A stretch of 64,000 nucleotides of DNA from Mustelus asterias (Eukaryota): NCBI RefSeq assembly GCF_964213995.1, contig NC_135812.1:43834001-43898000 (forward strand), read 5' to 3'. This document shows, one piece after another, positions 25,700 to 39,173 of this stretch. Each line of letters begins with the position of its first letter. The stretch's first letter is position 1. The notes under the pieces are model-generated. The model was not told the origin of the DNA. It was given only the letters and a program-made list of their open reading frames with translations, and searched no databases. Made by a program: the position numbers and the translations under genes.

Positions 25700-26185
25700 G
25701 AGACAGTGGTGTAGTGGTATTAAGAAATGGCGGCATCATATCCGTGCCGGGGTGTGCGTGTGTGCGTGCGCGCCTGCGGGGTGGAGAGTTGGACTGTGCC
25801 GGACAGGACATGCATGGAGGTGGGGGGCAAAATGGTGAGCGATTGGGCCGTGGGGGGAGTAGAGAGCTGGTGTTGCGGGACCGGCCAGTGATTGAGGTGG
25901 CCAGCAAATCGGGAGGCCAGCAGACAGGGGCCACTGCGCACACGCCGATCTCAGCGTTGACAGATTGACACTCGTGCAGTGGCCCACTTAGCGCTATGCT
26001 GCCAGTCTCCCAGGTGGGGATAAGCCCCACCCCCTGAATTCTGGAGTGAATCATGCTAGTGCTGTCTGCAATGCACAGAGTGTGGGAGATTCTCCTCTGA
26101 ACTCCCACTTTAAAAAACCAGCGTGATTTACTCCAGTTTTCACGCAAATTTGACACTTAGAATTTTTTTGGAAGAATCCCACCCT
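25700..26185. mobile_element. GC/CpG-rich non-autonomous DNA transposon (Harbinger-like) end
   Basis: Terminal gacacttagaatttttttggaagaatcccaccc shared with 41468 (inverted) and 57100-57137. Confidence 0.55.
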
Positions 26186-26520
26186 AGGTTTACTTCTCTG
26201 AAGTTTTGCTGTTTTGAGGATGTATCCTTCTCTGGAAACTGCAGTCTTGATCTCTGTCCAGAGGTGTTAAAAATCTAGCATCGTGCAAGCATCTTTGGTT
26301 TCTGTGCTAACTGGTTCTAAAGAAAGGATTTATGTCTGTGGGGGATACTGCTAAATTGGAACTATAAAGATAGCTAGCTGTTAAGAATGACACTTTGTCA
26401 CGTTTAGGTATTTTAATTGGTAAAAGTTATGCTAATTCTTTTTGTTATATTCTAACCGTGTTCTTAAATAAAGTTCGTTTTGATAAAAGCTTCCTAGTGG
26501 GTCACCTGAATCATACCTGG

Positions 26521-27572
26521 TGTCATGAGTGTACCTTAAATTTTTTTTAAAATCATGCAGCTTCTAGCTTCAGCGATGTCACTGGGCGGGGGGGGGGGGG
26601 GGGGGGGGGGGGTGGAGCTAAGCTGTGGCAATCAGGTGATGGGGCTTTCAGTTTTGTTTGTGGCAGTCGGGTGATGGGGGTTTTTGTCTTTGGGCTTTTA
26701 GTTTTGTTTTGGGAAGTTTTGGAAGCAGTTTAGCAGCAAGCTAAGCAGCAGTCTCTTTCTCTCCATTTTGTCCTACCTTAAAGAAGCAGTGTTTTAGGAA
26801 ACAGATTTGACTACAGTCTCTCCTGAGTTTCTTCACAAGGGATTTTCAGCATTCAACCCAGGAGGCAGGATTCCTGTAACAAGTGGGCATTAACCTATGC
26901 TGCAGTGCACTTATTTGGAGGGTTATGTGTATTGGATGTTGGAACACATTAGGGATATTTCCTTAAGAGTTAGAATCATAGAAACCCTACAGTGCAGAAA
27001 GAGGCCATTCGGCCCATCGAGTCTGCACCGACCACACTCCCACCCAGGCCCTATCCCCATATCCCTACATGTTACCCGCTAAACCCTCTAACCTACGCAT
27101 CCCGGGACACTAAGGGGTAATTTAGCATGGCCAATTAACCTAACCCGCACATCTTTGGACTGTGGGAGGAAACCGGGGCACCCGGAGGAAACCCATGCAG
27201 ACACAGGGAGAATGTGCAAACTCCACACAGACAGCGACCCAAGCCAGGAATCGAACCCAGGACCCTGGAGCTGTGAAGCAGCAGTGCTAACCACTGTGCT
27301 ACCGTGCCGCCCAATTATACATATATAGTTATACATTATCATGGTTGTTGTTTCCTGTTTATAATTGTTAAAAGTTCTTGCTAATTGTCTTACTTGACAT
27401 GTCAGCAATATTCTTAATTAAACTTTGTTTTTGATAAAAGCTCCTCGTGGGTCAGTTGAATCACACCTGAAGTGAAACCTCTCATGCTCATCCCAGCCAA
27501 ATTCAATGTAAAACGTTACAGGTCAGGTGAGCTTCATAGAACACCTCAAAGTATCCAACCTGGCTTGTAACA
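26521..27572 (+). mobile_element. Solo LTR (Gypsy-like) nested in a related LTR (~26190-27682)
   Basis: TGTCA...TAACA termini; 4-bp TSD CTGG at 26517-26520 and 27573-27576. Confidence 0.72.
26972..27312 (-). mobile_element. HE1-type V-SINE inside the solo LTR
   Basis: Near-identical to 6155-6498. Confidence 0.88.
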
Positions 27573-28229
27573 CTGGCATGAAACACTTCATATGCTCACC
27601 CTAATGCCAAAATCAGATGTAAAAGTTAGGATCTAGGTTAACTTCATTAAATACCTCGGAGTTTCTAATCTAGCCTTTAACATAGGCAAAATACTTTATA
27701 ATTGTATATTGTACAGAGTAACCTCAAATGTATGCCAGAAATCCAGTCAACATGGAGATATAAAGACTGGATAACTATTGGCAGTATACAGATAAATCAT
27801 ATGAAATCGTGGGAAAAGAATGTAATCAACAAGGAGCTGATGGGTGATCTATTCAACAGTTAATGTGTGGGTGAATTCAAAGCTTCTTAAAAATTTACCT
27901 CCAGAGAATATACTGGCACACTTTAGGATGTAGTATTCATATACAGAAAACACCTTTTATCATACATTGTTGAGGTGGACAATGATGACTGATTAACAGC
28001 AATACTCAGCTAGACACAAAGCCAACAGCTTCACATTAGGAAACTTTATTCGGCTACAAGAAGTAGGACACAGTTCCAAACCTATAGAACTCCCTCAGCC
28101 AAAGTTCTAAAAATAACTTTTAGTGTGCCAGAGGCTTAATTTGAACTTCCAGCTCAGTAACTTGTTAGTGGTGTAAATATTGTGGGAATATTAGAAAAAA
28201 GAATATACTCAAGTAGATTCCCTCTCACA

Positions 28230-28960
28230 CTGCAAGTTCCTTTCCAGCCCCAAGCAGATGGCCTGAACAGTGGCACCTGATAGGCAATACAGCCGTCAGG
28301 ACTCGCGCTCTTTGCTGCAAAGAACAAGTTAACCCCTCCGATTTTAGTATCCCCTAATACCACTACATTCCTTTTTGCCCCCCCCCCCCCACTTGAATGG
28401 CTTCCTGTACCATGGTGCCATGATCAGTTACCTCATCCACCCTGTAGTCCTCACTTTCATCCAAATATATTGAAAATATCTCAAACTCACTGGACAAGGG
28501 TTCTGTGCATCTGCCATCTTGAGTCCTCTTACCTGCCTCCCCTGCAGTCACACACTCATGTCCCTGATCACTGACCAAATCAGTGGTCAGGGACAGTTTG
28601 ATTTATGCATTAAACCGTTCAGGTGTCTGCCTGCTCAGATGGTGCTGAACACCTGTGCTCCATCTTCAGAATTTGCTCAAACTCTTGTTTAATCTGATGC
28701 AATCTTTCCAAATCAGTTGTAAATTATAAGAGGTGTGACTGCCTCCTGGTACAAAAAATCCAGGTAAATTCCCCCTCACTGATATTTTGCAGTGTTTTTA
28801 GTTCAGCCTCCAGTTCAAACTCTGAGCTGAAGCTGCTTGACCTTCAAACATTTCCTGCAGACGTGTTTGTCCTGGATCAAACTGGCATCCAAGAGCTCAC
28901 ACATGCTCCAGCTGTGACACACCTATTCTGTCACCCTTAATGTGTTCCAATTAATTATTT
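28230..28960 (-). mobile_element. Old CR1 ORF1 remnant
   Basis: DHGTMVQEAIQVGG motif; antisense similarity to 33200-33720. Confidence 0.55.
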
Positions 28961-30194
28961 TATTCAACTATATTTTTTACTTTTTCTTTTCCATATTTGA
29001 TTAACCTTACCACCAGTTGAATCTTAGAATAGACTAAAAAAGATCTTATTTTCTGCCATGCCGGTGTTCAATACCTTCTTGCTCCTCAGACATTTACCTA
29101 ATTTCACTTGTTAAACAAGAGTTCATATTTATAGCCTCTGCTGGTGTGCTTGCAAATCTAAATTACATGCAAGTGGATTTCATTGCAAATATTTAAGATT
29201 CAAAATATCAATTTAATTAGCTAAACATTCAGCTATTGAAATTATGTTTTCCCTCTCAAGAAAATCTAGGTTAACTTGGTCATAGAAGTGTTTACATAGA
29301 AAAGTTTGTGTCACAGCATCAAATATTGCTACTTTGACTTCAATGCTGAATTTTGTAAAAGGAGAATATGCAGTATAGAAGCATATTTCTACATTACAAC
29401 AGTAACTACACTTCAGAAGCACATCAATAGCTGTAAAGTGTGTTTGGACATCCTGAGGTTATGAAAGGCATGGTATAAACTCAAGTTTTTTTGTCCTGTG
29501 TTAAGCGCTCAAATGTTATGTAGCTAGTAGGGTATTTTCCCCCAGGGTTGGGGGAAAGAGGATGGAAAAAATTAAAGCTTGAGAATACTTGTGCAAAGAC
29601 TTTTTAAATTCCCTCCAAAATAGTTTAACTGTGCGTAATAATCTTCAACCAACAGATAATTTGCAATGCTCCAGATTGACAGTTAGGATCATGAATAATA
29701 CCAACTCAGGGTATGATTGACTACAAACCCAATTGTCAAAGCTAGCATGGCCGGCTTTACCTCTACCAATTTGCTGACAGGAGTATTGAATAAGCAAGAC
29801 TTTCAATTCCCTTTCCCCCACATTAAAGGAAAATTGCTTAATATTGAATCTGATAAAAGTCCGTTCAAAATAGAAGATCAATAGAAGGGATGTGAAGCGA
29901 GAAACAGAGAAAGGAGAATCTAATAAACAAACAAGAAAACCATTCAACTGCAGTCACGAGGGAAGAGAAGATATTTTGAAACTTTGTAACTAAATTTAGT
30001 CAGAGAATGTTTTGAATCTTTTGGCAATCCAGAATATAATAACCTCAAAAGGCTCTTGGAACAAGAACAGTCCCTGTCTGGCTCAAATGTTGCATTGTTA
30101 CGCAAGTATTTTTAAACTTGTAAAAGATCACCAAGAAGGAAAGGGTAAGGGCTTTAGTCAGTCAGATCATTCTTTATAACAGATAAAATCACAG

Positions 30195-31185
30195 TCATAG
30201 AGGTTTACAGCATGGAAACAGGCCCTTCAGCCCAACTTGTCCATGCCGCCCTTTTTTTTAAAAAACCCGTAAACTAATCCCAATTGCCCGCATTTGGCCC
30301 ATATCCCTCTATACCCATCGTACCCATGTAACTATCTAAATGCTTTTTAAAAGACAAAATTGTACCCACCTCGACTACTACCTCTGGCAGCTTGTTCCAG
30401 ACACTCACCACCCTGCGTGAAAAAATTGCCCCTCTGGACACTTTTGTATCTCTCCCCTCTCACCTTAAACCTATGCCCTCTAGTTTTAGACTCCCCTACC
30501 TTTGGGAAAATATATTGACTATCTAGCTGATCTGTGCACCTCATTATTTTATAAACGTCTATAAGATCATCCCTCAGCCTCCTACGCTCCAGAGAAAAAA
30601 GTTCCAGTCTATCCAGCCTCTCCTTATAACTCAATCCATCAAGTCCCAGTAGCATCCTAGTAAATCCTTTCTGCACTCTTTCTAGTTTAATAATATCCTT
30701 TCGATAATAGGGTGACCAGAATTGCACACAGTATTCCAAGTGTGGCCTTACCAATGCCTTGTACAACTTCAACAAGACATTCCAACTCCTATATTCAATG
30801 TTCTGACCGGTGAAACCAAGCATGCCGAATGTCTTCTTCACTACTCTGTCCACCTATGACTCCACTTTCAAGGAGCTATGAACATGTACCCCTAGATCTC
30901 CTTGTTCTGTAACTCTCCCCAACGCCCTACAATTAACTGAGTAAGTCCTGCTCTGGTTCAATCTAACAAAATGCATCACCTCGCATTTGTCTAAATTAAA
31001 CTCCATCTGCCATTCGCCAGCCCACTGGCCCAATTGATCAAGATCCCGTTGCAATTGGAGATAACTTCCTTCACTGTCCGGTATGCCACCAATCTTAGTG
31101 TCATCTGCAAACTTACTAACCATGCCTCCTACATTCTCATCCAAATCATTAATATAAATGACAAATAACAGTGGACCCAGCACTG
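30195..31185 (-). mobile_element. CR1 RT/3' fragment; a separate plus-strand CR1 tail follows at ~31190-31316
   Basis: LGPLLFVIYINDLD...[11 protein letters not shown]...LVRPHLEYCVQFWSP. Confidence 0.92.
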
Positions 31186-33189
31186 ATAGTCACATGAGCA
31201 GCCTGGGAATGGAGGGATACAAACGATTGGTCTAGTTGGACCAAGGAGCGGCACAGGCTTGGAGGGCCGAAGGGCCTGTTTCCTGTGCTGTACTGTTCTT
31301 TGTTCTTTGTTCTTTGATCCCTGAGGCACACCGCTGTCCTTGTGGCAAGTTATGATTTTTGAACATCCTTATTATGACAGGCAATAGTCCTTCAACATTT
31401 GAATATAATTTACAAATGACTTGGAAAGATTGCACCAGATTAGACAAGAGTTTGAGCAAATTCTGAAGATGGAACACAGGAGTTCAGTAGCATGGAAACT
31501 TTTTCAACCATCTGAGCAGGCAGACACCTGAACAGTTTAATACATAAATCGAAAAGCTTGACTGCTCAGGTGGATGGAAAGGAGCCTATGGTACGGTGTG
31601 AAATAAAGAGCTTTGTGTCCTAGAAAATATTTATTTCTCAAACAAAACTACCATAAACTTTAATAGTTCATTCATTTGTTTGCTACTTTAGGGATCTTGC
31701 TGTGTACATGCTGGTTGCTACAATTGCCTATAAAGAAATGGATGCACTTGTAAAATGCTCTGGGACACCCTGATGAAATAATAAGATGCTCTATAAAAGC
31801 ATTTTTCCTTTCAGAGATTCTATTTGATGAATATATTGCAGAATAAGTGTGCTAAATGCTCATGATTACCAATCATGAAAAGCTAGCATACAGGTCCACA
31901 GCTCAACCAATGATTATTTTGTGATCTATTTACATTTGCAGAATGGGAAGAACATCCTATGGATAAAGAAACATTTGGTGTGAACATTCAAAATTGAGAT
32001 GGAGACTGGTGTATTCGTGTTAATCTTCAATCCTTCATCATTTGCTTTCAGAGTTGTTTGGCATCCTGTCAGCACACTAACACATCAAAACCCTACTTTT
32101 TCAAATGTGATGGACAGAAATGTCAGGGTGACCAACTCTTGCAAAGAACATGTGGGTAGTAGGGTGCACGGTGGTGTCAGAACTGGAGTGGGAGTTGCAA
32201 ATTAAGGGTGGTTGCTCACCATACAGAATGTAGAAAGACAAAAGAGGAACTCTTTCGGTATGCTTTAGAAAACACTAGAGCCCTTTGTGCTGTTGAATAC
32301 AAGTTGTCACACATGGAAAACAGATCCAAACATTTTATAATCATGTGCAGACTTCATCATCAATGCTGCTGCATATTTTCAAATCAAATGCAATTCTGGC
32401 CATGAAAATCCTTCTACAATGAATGTAAAAGAAAACATATTTCCTGAAAATGTGAGAATGCAAATTCAGGACACCACAAAGCAGAACAGTGCAGAATTAC
32501 TTTTCTGAAATCAAATTCTGGCCAAAGTCTTAAATAAATTACTTGACTAATCAGTCTCCTATTTATACTGCACATGGATTTACAGTACTTTAGATTTTAA
32601 AAAAGCACAATACTTCTTCATTCTGTAAATTGTAGGCAAATTTCTAGCCCTTCTCCAAATGTGCTATTTGGGAATTTTTAAAAAAAGAATTAAATGGTGC
32701 ACTTTTGTTTAATGTCCAAATTTGAGATTCACCTATTTATCATATTGTAATCAAGTAATTTAAAAACACTTCTTTTAAATAACGCAATCTTTCAGATACA
32801 ATACCATAGATTAGTTCACCTCCTTCTTTCCTGTTTGGAGTATAAGCAGATTTAACTGAAGATGTTTTCACCCAAGTTAGAATTTATTGTTGTTTGCTGG
32901 TGAATACCATTCACACCTTTAACAAGTCTCACCCATATTCTAATGCCCTTTTATTTTACAGCCCCAACTCTGGTTACAATGCAACCACAGAAATGATGTG
33001 GCTCTATCAGGGGAACCAAGGTCCATTTTAGGTGGTGGTTTCCCAAAAGATCCAACAGATAAGATGCAACGGGTTTTTGTTGCAGTTGCTTTCAGATTAA
33101 AGGTCAAGGATAAATATGTTACAGATCAATAAGCCAAAAACCAATTTTAAGAAACAAAATTAAAAACAAATTAAATTAAATAGGGATGG

Positions 33190-34050
33190 AGGGCTAGGCG
33201 ATGTGTTGTATCTGCATGATGTGGGAGCTGGTGGACCCCATTCTGGTTCCTAGTGAACACATCTGTAGTAAGCGTTAGTTGCTCGACGAACTGCGGCTCA
33301 GATTTGGTGACCTGGGGTCTGAGCTCCAGACACCGACACACCAGGGAGGGGGAAGAGGTATCTAGACGCTGTGTTTTAGAAGGCAGTCACATCCTTTAGA
33401 TTAATCACCTTCAATTCAGCCAGTGGTCAGAGACAGGAGTGTGTGGAACAGGTAGAGAGATCTAGAAGACAGGATTGCAGGAGCCTCAGCCCTTATCCTT
33501 GTTCAACAGGCTTGAGATTCTTGCTCCATGTGAGGACGAAAGTGGGGACTTTTGGGAGGATGAACATATTGACCACAGCACCATGGTGTGGGTGGTGGAA
33601 GAGAAATGTAGTCATAATCGGGGATAGTATAGTTAGGGGCATTGACACTGTTCTGTGACCAGGATTGAGAGTGCCGTAGGTTGTGTTGCCTACCTGGTGC
33701 CAGGGTTCGGCATATCAAAGGAATTTGGGTTGGAGGGTAATCCAGTTGATCACGTAGGTAACAATGACATAGGTGTAACAAGGATAGAGGTTCTGCTGAG
33801 GGAACATGTGCAGCTGGGGACTAACCAAAAAGGTAATAATCTCCTGATTACTGCTTGAACCATGAGCTAATTGGCACAGGATCAATAAGATTCAAGAGGT
33901 AAGTTTTTGGCTCAAAGGTTGGTGTTGGAGAAATGGGTTTGAATTCATGGGATATTGGCAGCAGTACTGGAGAAGGAAGGAGCTTTTCCGATGGGGTGAT
34001 CTTTGCCTGAATCATGCTGGGACCAGAGTCCTAGTGAATCACACGACTAG
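33190..34050 (+). mobile_element. Old CR1 ORF1 remnant, resumes at ~38016-38480
   Basis: VVIIGDSIVRGID...CLPGARV...HVGNNDIG. Confidence 0.7.
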
Positions 34051-37000
34051 TAAAGGTGGCTGAGGGACTTCACTGGTGCATTCTGGGAGAAGTCAGACCA
34101 GCAACATTTACCAAGAAGTGGGAAGCAGCGTCTTGGATGACTATGTCTGCAGGAAGTGAACCCAATTGCAGCTCCTTACAGACTGCATGGATAGGTTGGA
34201 GCAGCAGTTGGATGGACTTAGGAGCATGAAGGAGACGGAAAGAATCACAGATAGGAGCTTTAGAGACATGGTCACACCCAAGGTGTAGGCAGATAGATGG
34301 GTGACCGCCAGAAGGGGCAGGCAGTCAGTGCAGGAATCCCATGTGGTCATCCCCCTAAAAAGTGTACTGTTTTGGATACTGTTGGGGAGATGGCCTATCA
34401 GGGGATAACAACAGCAGCAGCAGCCAAAGCAGTGGCACCACGGCTGGCTCTGTTGTTAAGTAGGGAGGGACAAAGAGCACTAGAGCAATAGTTATAGGGG
34501 ACCCTTATAGTTAAGGGTGCAGATAGGCATTTCCGTGGATGTGAAAGAGACTCCAGGATGGTATGTTGCCTCCCTGGTGCCAGGGTCCAGGATGTCTCTG
34601 AACGGACAGAAAGCATTCTGAAGGGAGAGTGTGAAGAGCCAGAGGTCGTGGTATATATTGGTACTAATGACATAGGCAGGAAGAGTGATGAGGTCCTGCA
34701 GCAGCAGTTTAGGGAGTTAGGTAGAAAGTTAAAAAGCAGGACCTCTAGGATTGTAATTTCAGGATTACTCCCTGCGCCATGTCCTAGTGAGGATCGGAAT
34801 AGGAAGATAATGCAGCTCAACACGTGGCTAAACAGCTGGTGTAGGAGGGAGGGTTTCAGATATCTGGACCATTGGGGTCTCTTCCAGGGCAGATGGGACT
34901 TGTACAAGGAGGACGGGTTGCATCTAAGCTGGAAAGGCATAAATATTCTGGCTGGGAGATTTGCTACTGTCACACGGGAGGATTTAAACTAGTTTGGCAG
35001 GGGGGGTATGAACCAAAGCAAAGGTGGATTAGCTGAAGGAGAACTAGAGAGTAGGGCCAGTAAGACTCAGAGAAACAGCAGGTAGGGTGGGGCTGCTAAT
35101 CAGAGAGGGCCTGGTGGACTGAAGTGCATTTGTTTCAATGCGAGAAGTGTAACAGGTAAGGCAGATGAACTTGGAGCTTGGATTAACACTAGGAACTACG
35201 ATGTTGTTGCCATTACAGAGACTTGGTTAAGGGAAGGACAGGATTGGCAGCTTAACATTCCAAGATACAGGTGTTTCAAGTAGGATAGAGCGGAATGTAA
35301 AAGGGGTGAGGGAGTTGCACTACTGGTTAAGGAGAATATCACAGCTGTACTCTGGGAGGACACCTCGGAGGGCTCACACAGCGAGGCAATATGGGTAGAG
35401 CTCGGGAATAGGAAAGGTAAACTGTGCTGCACTCAGTAATTCCTGTGTCAGACATTGTCAGTCTTTAATCTTCCACAATGTTTGGGGTTTACTATAGGCC
35501 ACCCAACTGCCAGCGGGAGATAGAGGAACAGATATGTAGGCAGATTTTGGCAAGGTGTAAAAGTAACAGGGTTGTTGTGGTGGGAGATTTTAACTTCCCC
35601 TATACTGACTGGGACTCACTTAGTGCTAGGGGTGTGGATGGGGCAGAGTTTGTAAGGAGCATCCAGGAGGGCTTCTTGAAACAGTATGTAGATAATCCAA
35701 CTAAGGAAGGGGCCATACTGGACCTGGTATTGGGGAATGAGCCCAGCCAGGTGGTTGATGTTGCAGTAGGAGAGCAGTTCGGGAACAGTGACCACAATTC
35801 AGTAAGCTTTAAGGTACTGATGGATAAAGATAAGTGTAGTCCTCAAGTTAAGGTGCTAAATTGGGGGAAGGCTAATTACAACAATATTAGGCAGGAACTG
35901 AAGAATGTAGATTGGGGGCAGATGTTTGAGGGCAAATCAACATCTGGCATGTGGGAGGCTTTCAAGTGTAAGTTGATAGGGATTCAGGACTGGCACATTC
36001 CTGTCAGGATGAAGGATAAGTATGGCAAGTTTTGGGAATCTTGGATAACGAGAGATATTGTGAGCCTAGTCAAAGAGAAAAAAGAAGCATTTGTCAAAGC
36101 TAGGAGGCTGGGAACACACGAAGCAAGTGTGGAATACAAGGAAAGTAGAAAGAAACTTAAGCAAGGAGTAAGGAGGGATAAAAGGGGTCACGAAAAAGCA
36201 TTGGCCAACAGGATTAAGGAAAATCCCAAGACTTTTTATACATATATAAAGAGCAAGAGGGTAGCCAAGGAGAGGGTTGACCCACTGAAGGACAAGGGAA
36301 GGAATTTATGCATGGAGCCAGAGGAAATGGGCGAGGTATTAAATGAGTACTTTGTGTCAGTATTCACCAAAGAGAAGGACTTGGTGGATGATGAGTCTGG
36401 GAAAGGATGTGTAGATAGTTTGAGTCATGTTGAGATCAAAAAGCAGGTGGTATTGGGGTTTTTGAAAAACATTAAGGTAGACAAGTCCCCAGGACCTGAT
36501 GGGATATACCCCAGAATACTGAGAGAGGCAAGCGAAGAAACTTCTGGGGCCTTGAGAGAAATCTTTGTTTCCTCACTGGCTACGGGGGAGGTCCCAGAGG
36601 ATTGGAGAATAGCCAAGGTTGTTCCTTTGTTTAAGAAGGGTAGCAAGAATAATCCAGGTAATTACAGGCCGGTGAGCCTTACATCAGTAGTAGGGAAATT
36701 ATTGGAGAGGATTCTTTGAGACAGGATTTATTCCCACTTGGAAATAAGTGGACGTATTAGCGAGGGGCAACATGGTTTTGCGAAGGGGAGGTCGTGTCTC
36801 ACGAACTTGATCGAGTTTTTCAAGAAAGTGACGAAGACGATTGATGAGGGTAGGGCAGTGGATGTTGTCTACATGGACTTCAGTAAGGCCTTTGACAAGG
36901 TCCCTCATGGCAGACTGGTGCAGAAGGTGAAGTCGCATGGGATCAGAGGTGAGCTGGCAAGGTGGATGCTAGCTCGGTCAAAGAAGATAGAGGGTAGCAG

Positions 37001-38015
37001 TGGAAGGATGTGTTTCTGAATGGAGGGCTGTGATAAGTGGCATTCCTCAGGGATCAGTGCTGGGACCTTTGCTGTTTGTAATATATATTTGGAGGAAAAT
37101 GTAACTGGTTTGATTAAGTTTGCGGACGACACAAAGGTTGGTGGATTTGCGGATAGCGATGAGGGCCATCAGAGGATACAGCAGGATATAGATCAGTTGG
37201 AGACTTGGGCGGAGAGATGGCAGATGGAATTTAATCCAGACAAATGTGAGGTAATGCATTTTGGAAGGTCTAATACAGATAGGAAATATACAGTAAATGG
37301 CAGAACCCTTAAGAGTATTGATAGGCAAAGGGATCTGGGTGTATAGGTACACAGGTCACTGAAAGTGGCAATGCAGGTGGAGAAAGTAGTTAAGAAGGCA
37401 TACGGCATGCTTGCCTTCATCAGCCGGGGCATTGAGTTTAAAAATTGGCAAGTCATGTTGCAGCTTTATAGAACCTCAGTTAGGCCACACTTGGAATATT
37501 GTGTTCACACTACCAGGAGAATGTGGGGGCTTTGGAGACAGTATAGAAAAGACTTACCAGGATGTTGCCTGGTATGGAGGGCATTAGCTATGAGGAGAGA
37601 TTGGAGAAACTTGGTTTGTTCTCACTGGAACGACGGAGGTTGAGGGGTGACCTGATAGAAGTCTACAAGATGATGAGAGGCATGGACAGAGTGGATCGCC
37701 AGAAGCTTTTTCCCAGGGTGGAAGAGTCAATTAGGGGGCACAGGTTAAGGTGTGAGGGGCAAGGTTTAAAGGAGATGTACGAGGTAGATTTTGTACACAG
37801 TAGTGGGTGCCTGGAACTTGTTGCCGGGGGAGGTAGTGGAAGTGGATACGGTAGTGACTTTTAAGGGGCGTCTTGACAAATACATGAATAGGATGGGAAT
37901 AGAGGGATATGGTCCCTGGAAGGGTAGAGGGTTTAGTTAAGTCGGGCAGCATGATTGGTGCAGGCTGGGAGGGTCGAAGGGCCAGTTCCTCTGCCGTAAT
38001 TTTCTTTGTTCTTTG
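34050..38015 (+). mobile_element. Near full-length defective CR1 LINE (ORF1 SGNH esterase; ORF2 APE and RT)
   Basis: VCCLPGARVQDV...IGTNDIG...DGLHL; VYYRPPN...GDFNFP...SDHN; NYRPVSLTS; [13 protein letters not shown]; FADDTK; (ttctttg)n tail. Confidence 0.95.
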
Positions 38016-38214
38016 TGCTGTAGATAGGGCTTTAAATTAAGTAGAGGAGAGAGGATTTAGTTGCATGGAAAATTAGAAAATCCAAATTAAAGGAGCAGGT
38101 AAGAGTATAGGTTAGTGATGAGGCAGATTGTTACCAGAAAATAACAAGGAAGAGACAGAACGTGTGAATGTCATTTTGCAATAAAGGAATTATACAAGAG
38201 TAGGGAAATTTGGT

Positions 38215-38240
38215 ATGTGTGTGTGTGTGTGTGTGTGTGT
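38215..38240. repeat. (TG)n microsatellite
   Basis: tatgtgtgtgtgtgtgtgtgtgtgtgt. Confidence 0.9.
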
Positions 38241-38663
38241 CTTTGAAAATCCTTGGTTTAATTAGAGGCATATAGTTCAAAAGTGAGAAAGTTTAAATAG
38301 GAACCCTAGTTAGGTCTCAGCTGAGATTGAATAGCAACTTTCAAAAGAGAATTGGATAAATAACTGAAGCGGGGGTGCGTTGGAACGTGGGATATGGACA
38401 AAGTGGAGCTAATTGGATAGCTTTTTCAAAGGCCTGACATAGGTGTGATGGGCAGAAAGGCCTCCTCTTGAGCTGTATTTAGAATTGAAGCAATAGGTCT
38501 CCTGTACATAAAAAAGCATAAATTCTAAGTCGTAGGGTTTCTGCAAGTGGCACAATTTTCATTTAATCATTTTAATTGCATTTTAGCACCAGTTTCTTGC
38601 TGCCAGATCACTTTCTCCCCTTTTTGGTTATATTTCATCCTTGAAAAATTTGATAAACACATT

Positions 38664-39173
38664 TATTACTGAAAAAAGAGACACGTCAAAGCTTTTGGTC
38701 TTGCACTCATCAGAACACTTCACAAGATTACCAATATAAGGGGAATATAACAATTTACATTATGAGAAGAGTGTGCTCATAGAATCCCTACAGTGCAGAA
38801 GGAGGCCATTTGACCTACTGAGTCTGCACCGACCACAATCCCATCAAGGCCCTATTCCTGTAACCCCACTTGTTTAACCTGCTAATCCCCCTGACACTAC
38901 GGTCAATTTAGCATGGCCAATCAACCTAACCTGCACATCTTTGGATTTTGTGTTTGTGTTGATTGGTTGATGAGTGGATTCTGATTGGTAGAGACATTTC
39001 CATAACATTCGCCATGGCAATGCCTCTACCAATCAGAGCCCTCAGGCCAAACAATCAACAATCTCAGTTCATACAATATAAATTGTTATTTTCCTCTTAT
39101 ATTGGTATTCTCAAAGTGTCCTAATGAGTACAAGACAAAAAGCTTTAACACATCTCTATTTTTTCAGCAATAC
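38664..39173. mobile_element. Old PLE-like family C fold-back element interrupted by a SINE fragment
   Basis: Degenerate inverted arms centred near 39007; hammerhead-like motifs at 38683-38718(-) and 39116-39151(+); SINE 3' part at ~38777-38946. Confidence 0.7.

Noticed and set aside
26588-26612. 25-nt poly-G run (G-quadruplex candidate)
   Set aside because: Lies within an LTR and homopolymer length is unreliable in assemblies.
29645-29947. ORF preceded by ctgcag as a cassette exon equivalent to the KDM2B alternative exon
   Set aside because: No similarity to the recalled peptide, and the nearest donors are out of phase with the next exon.
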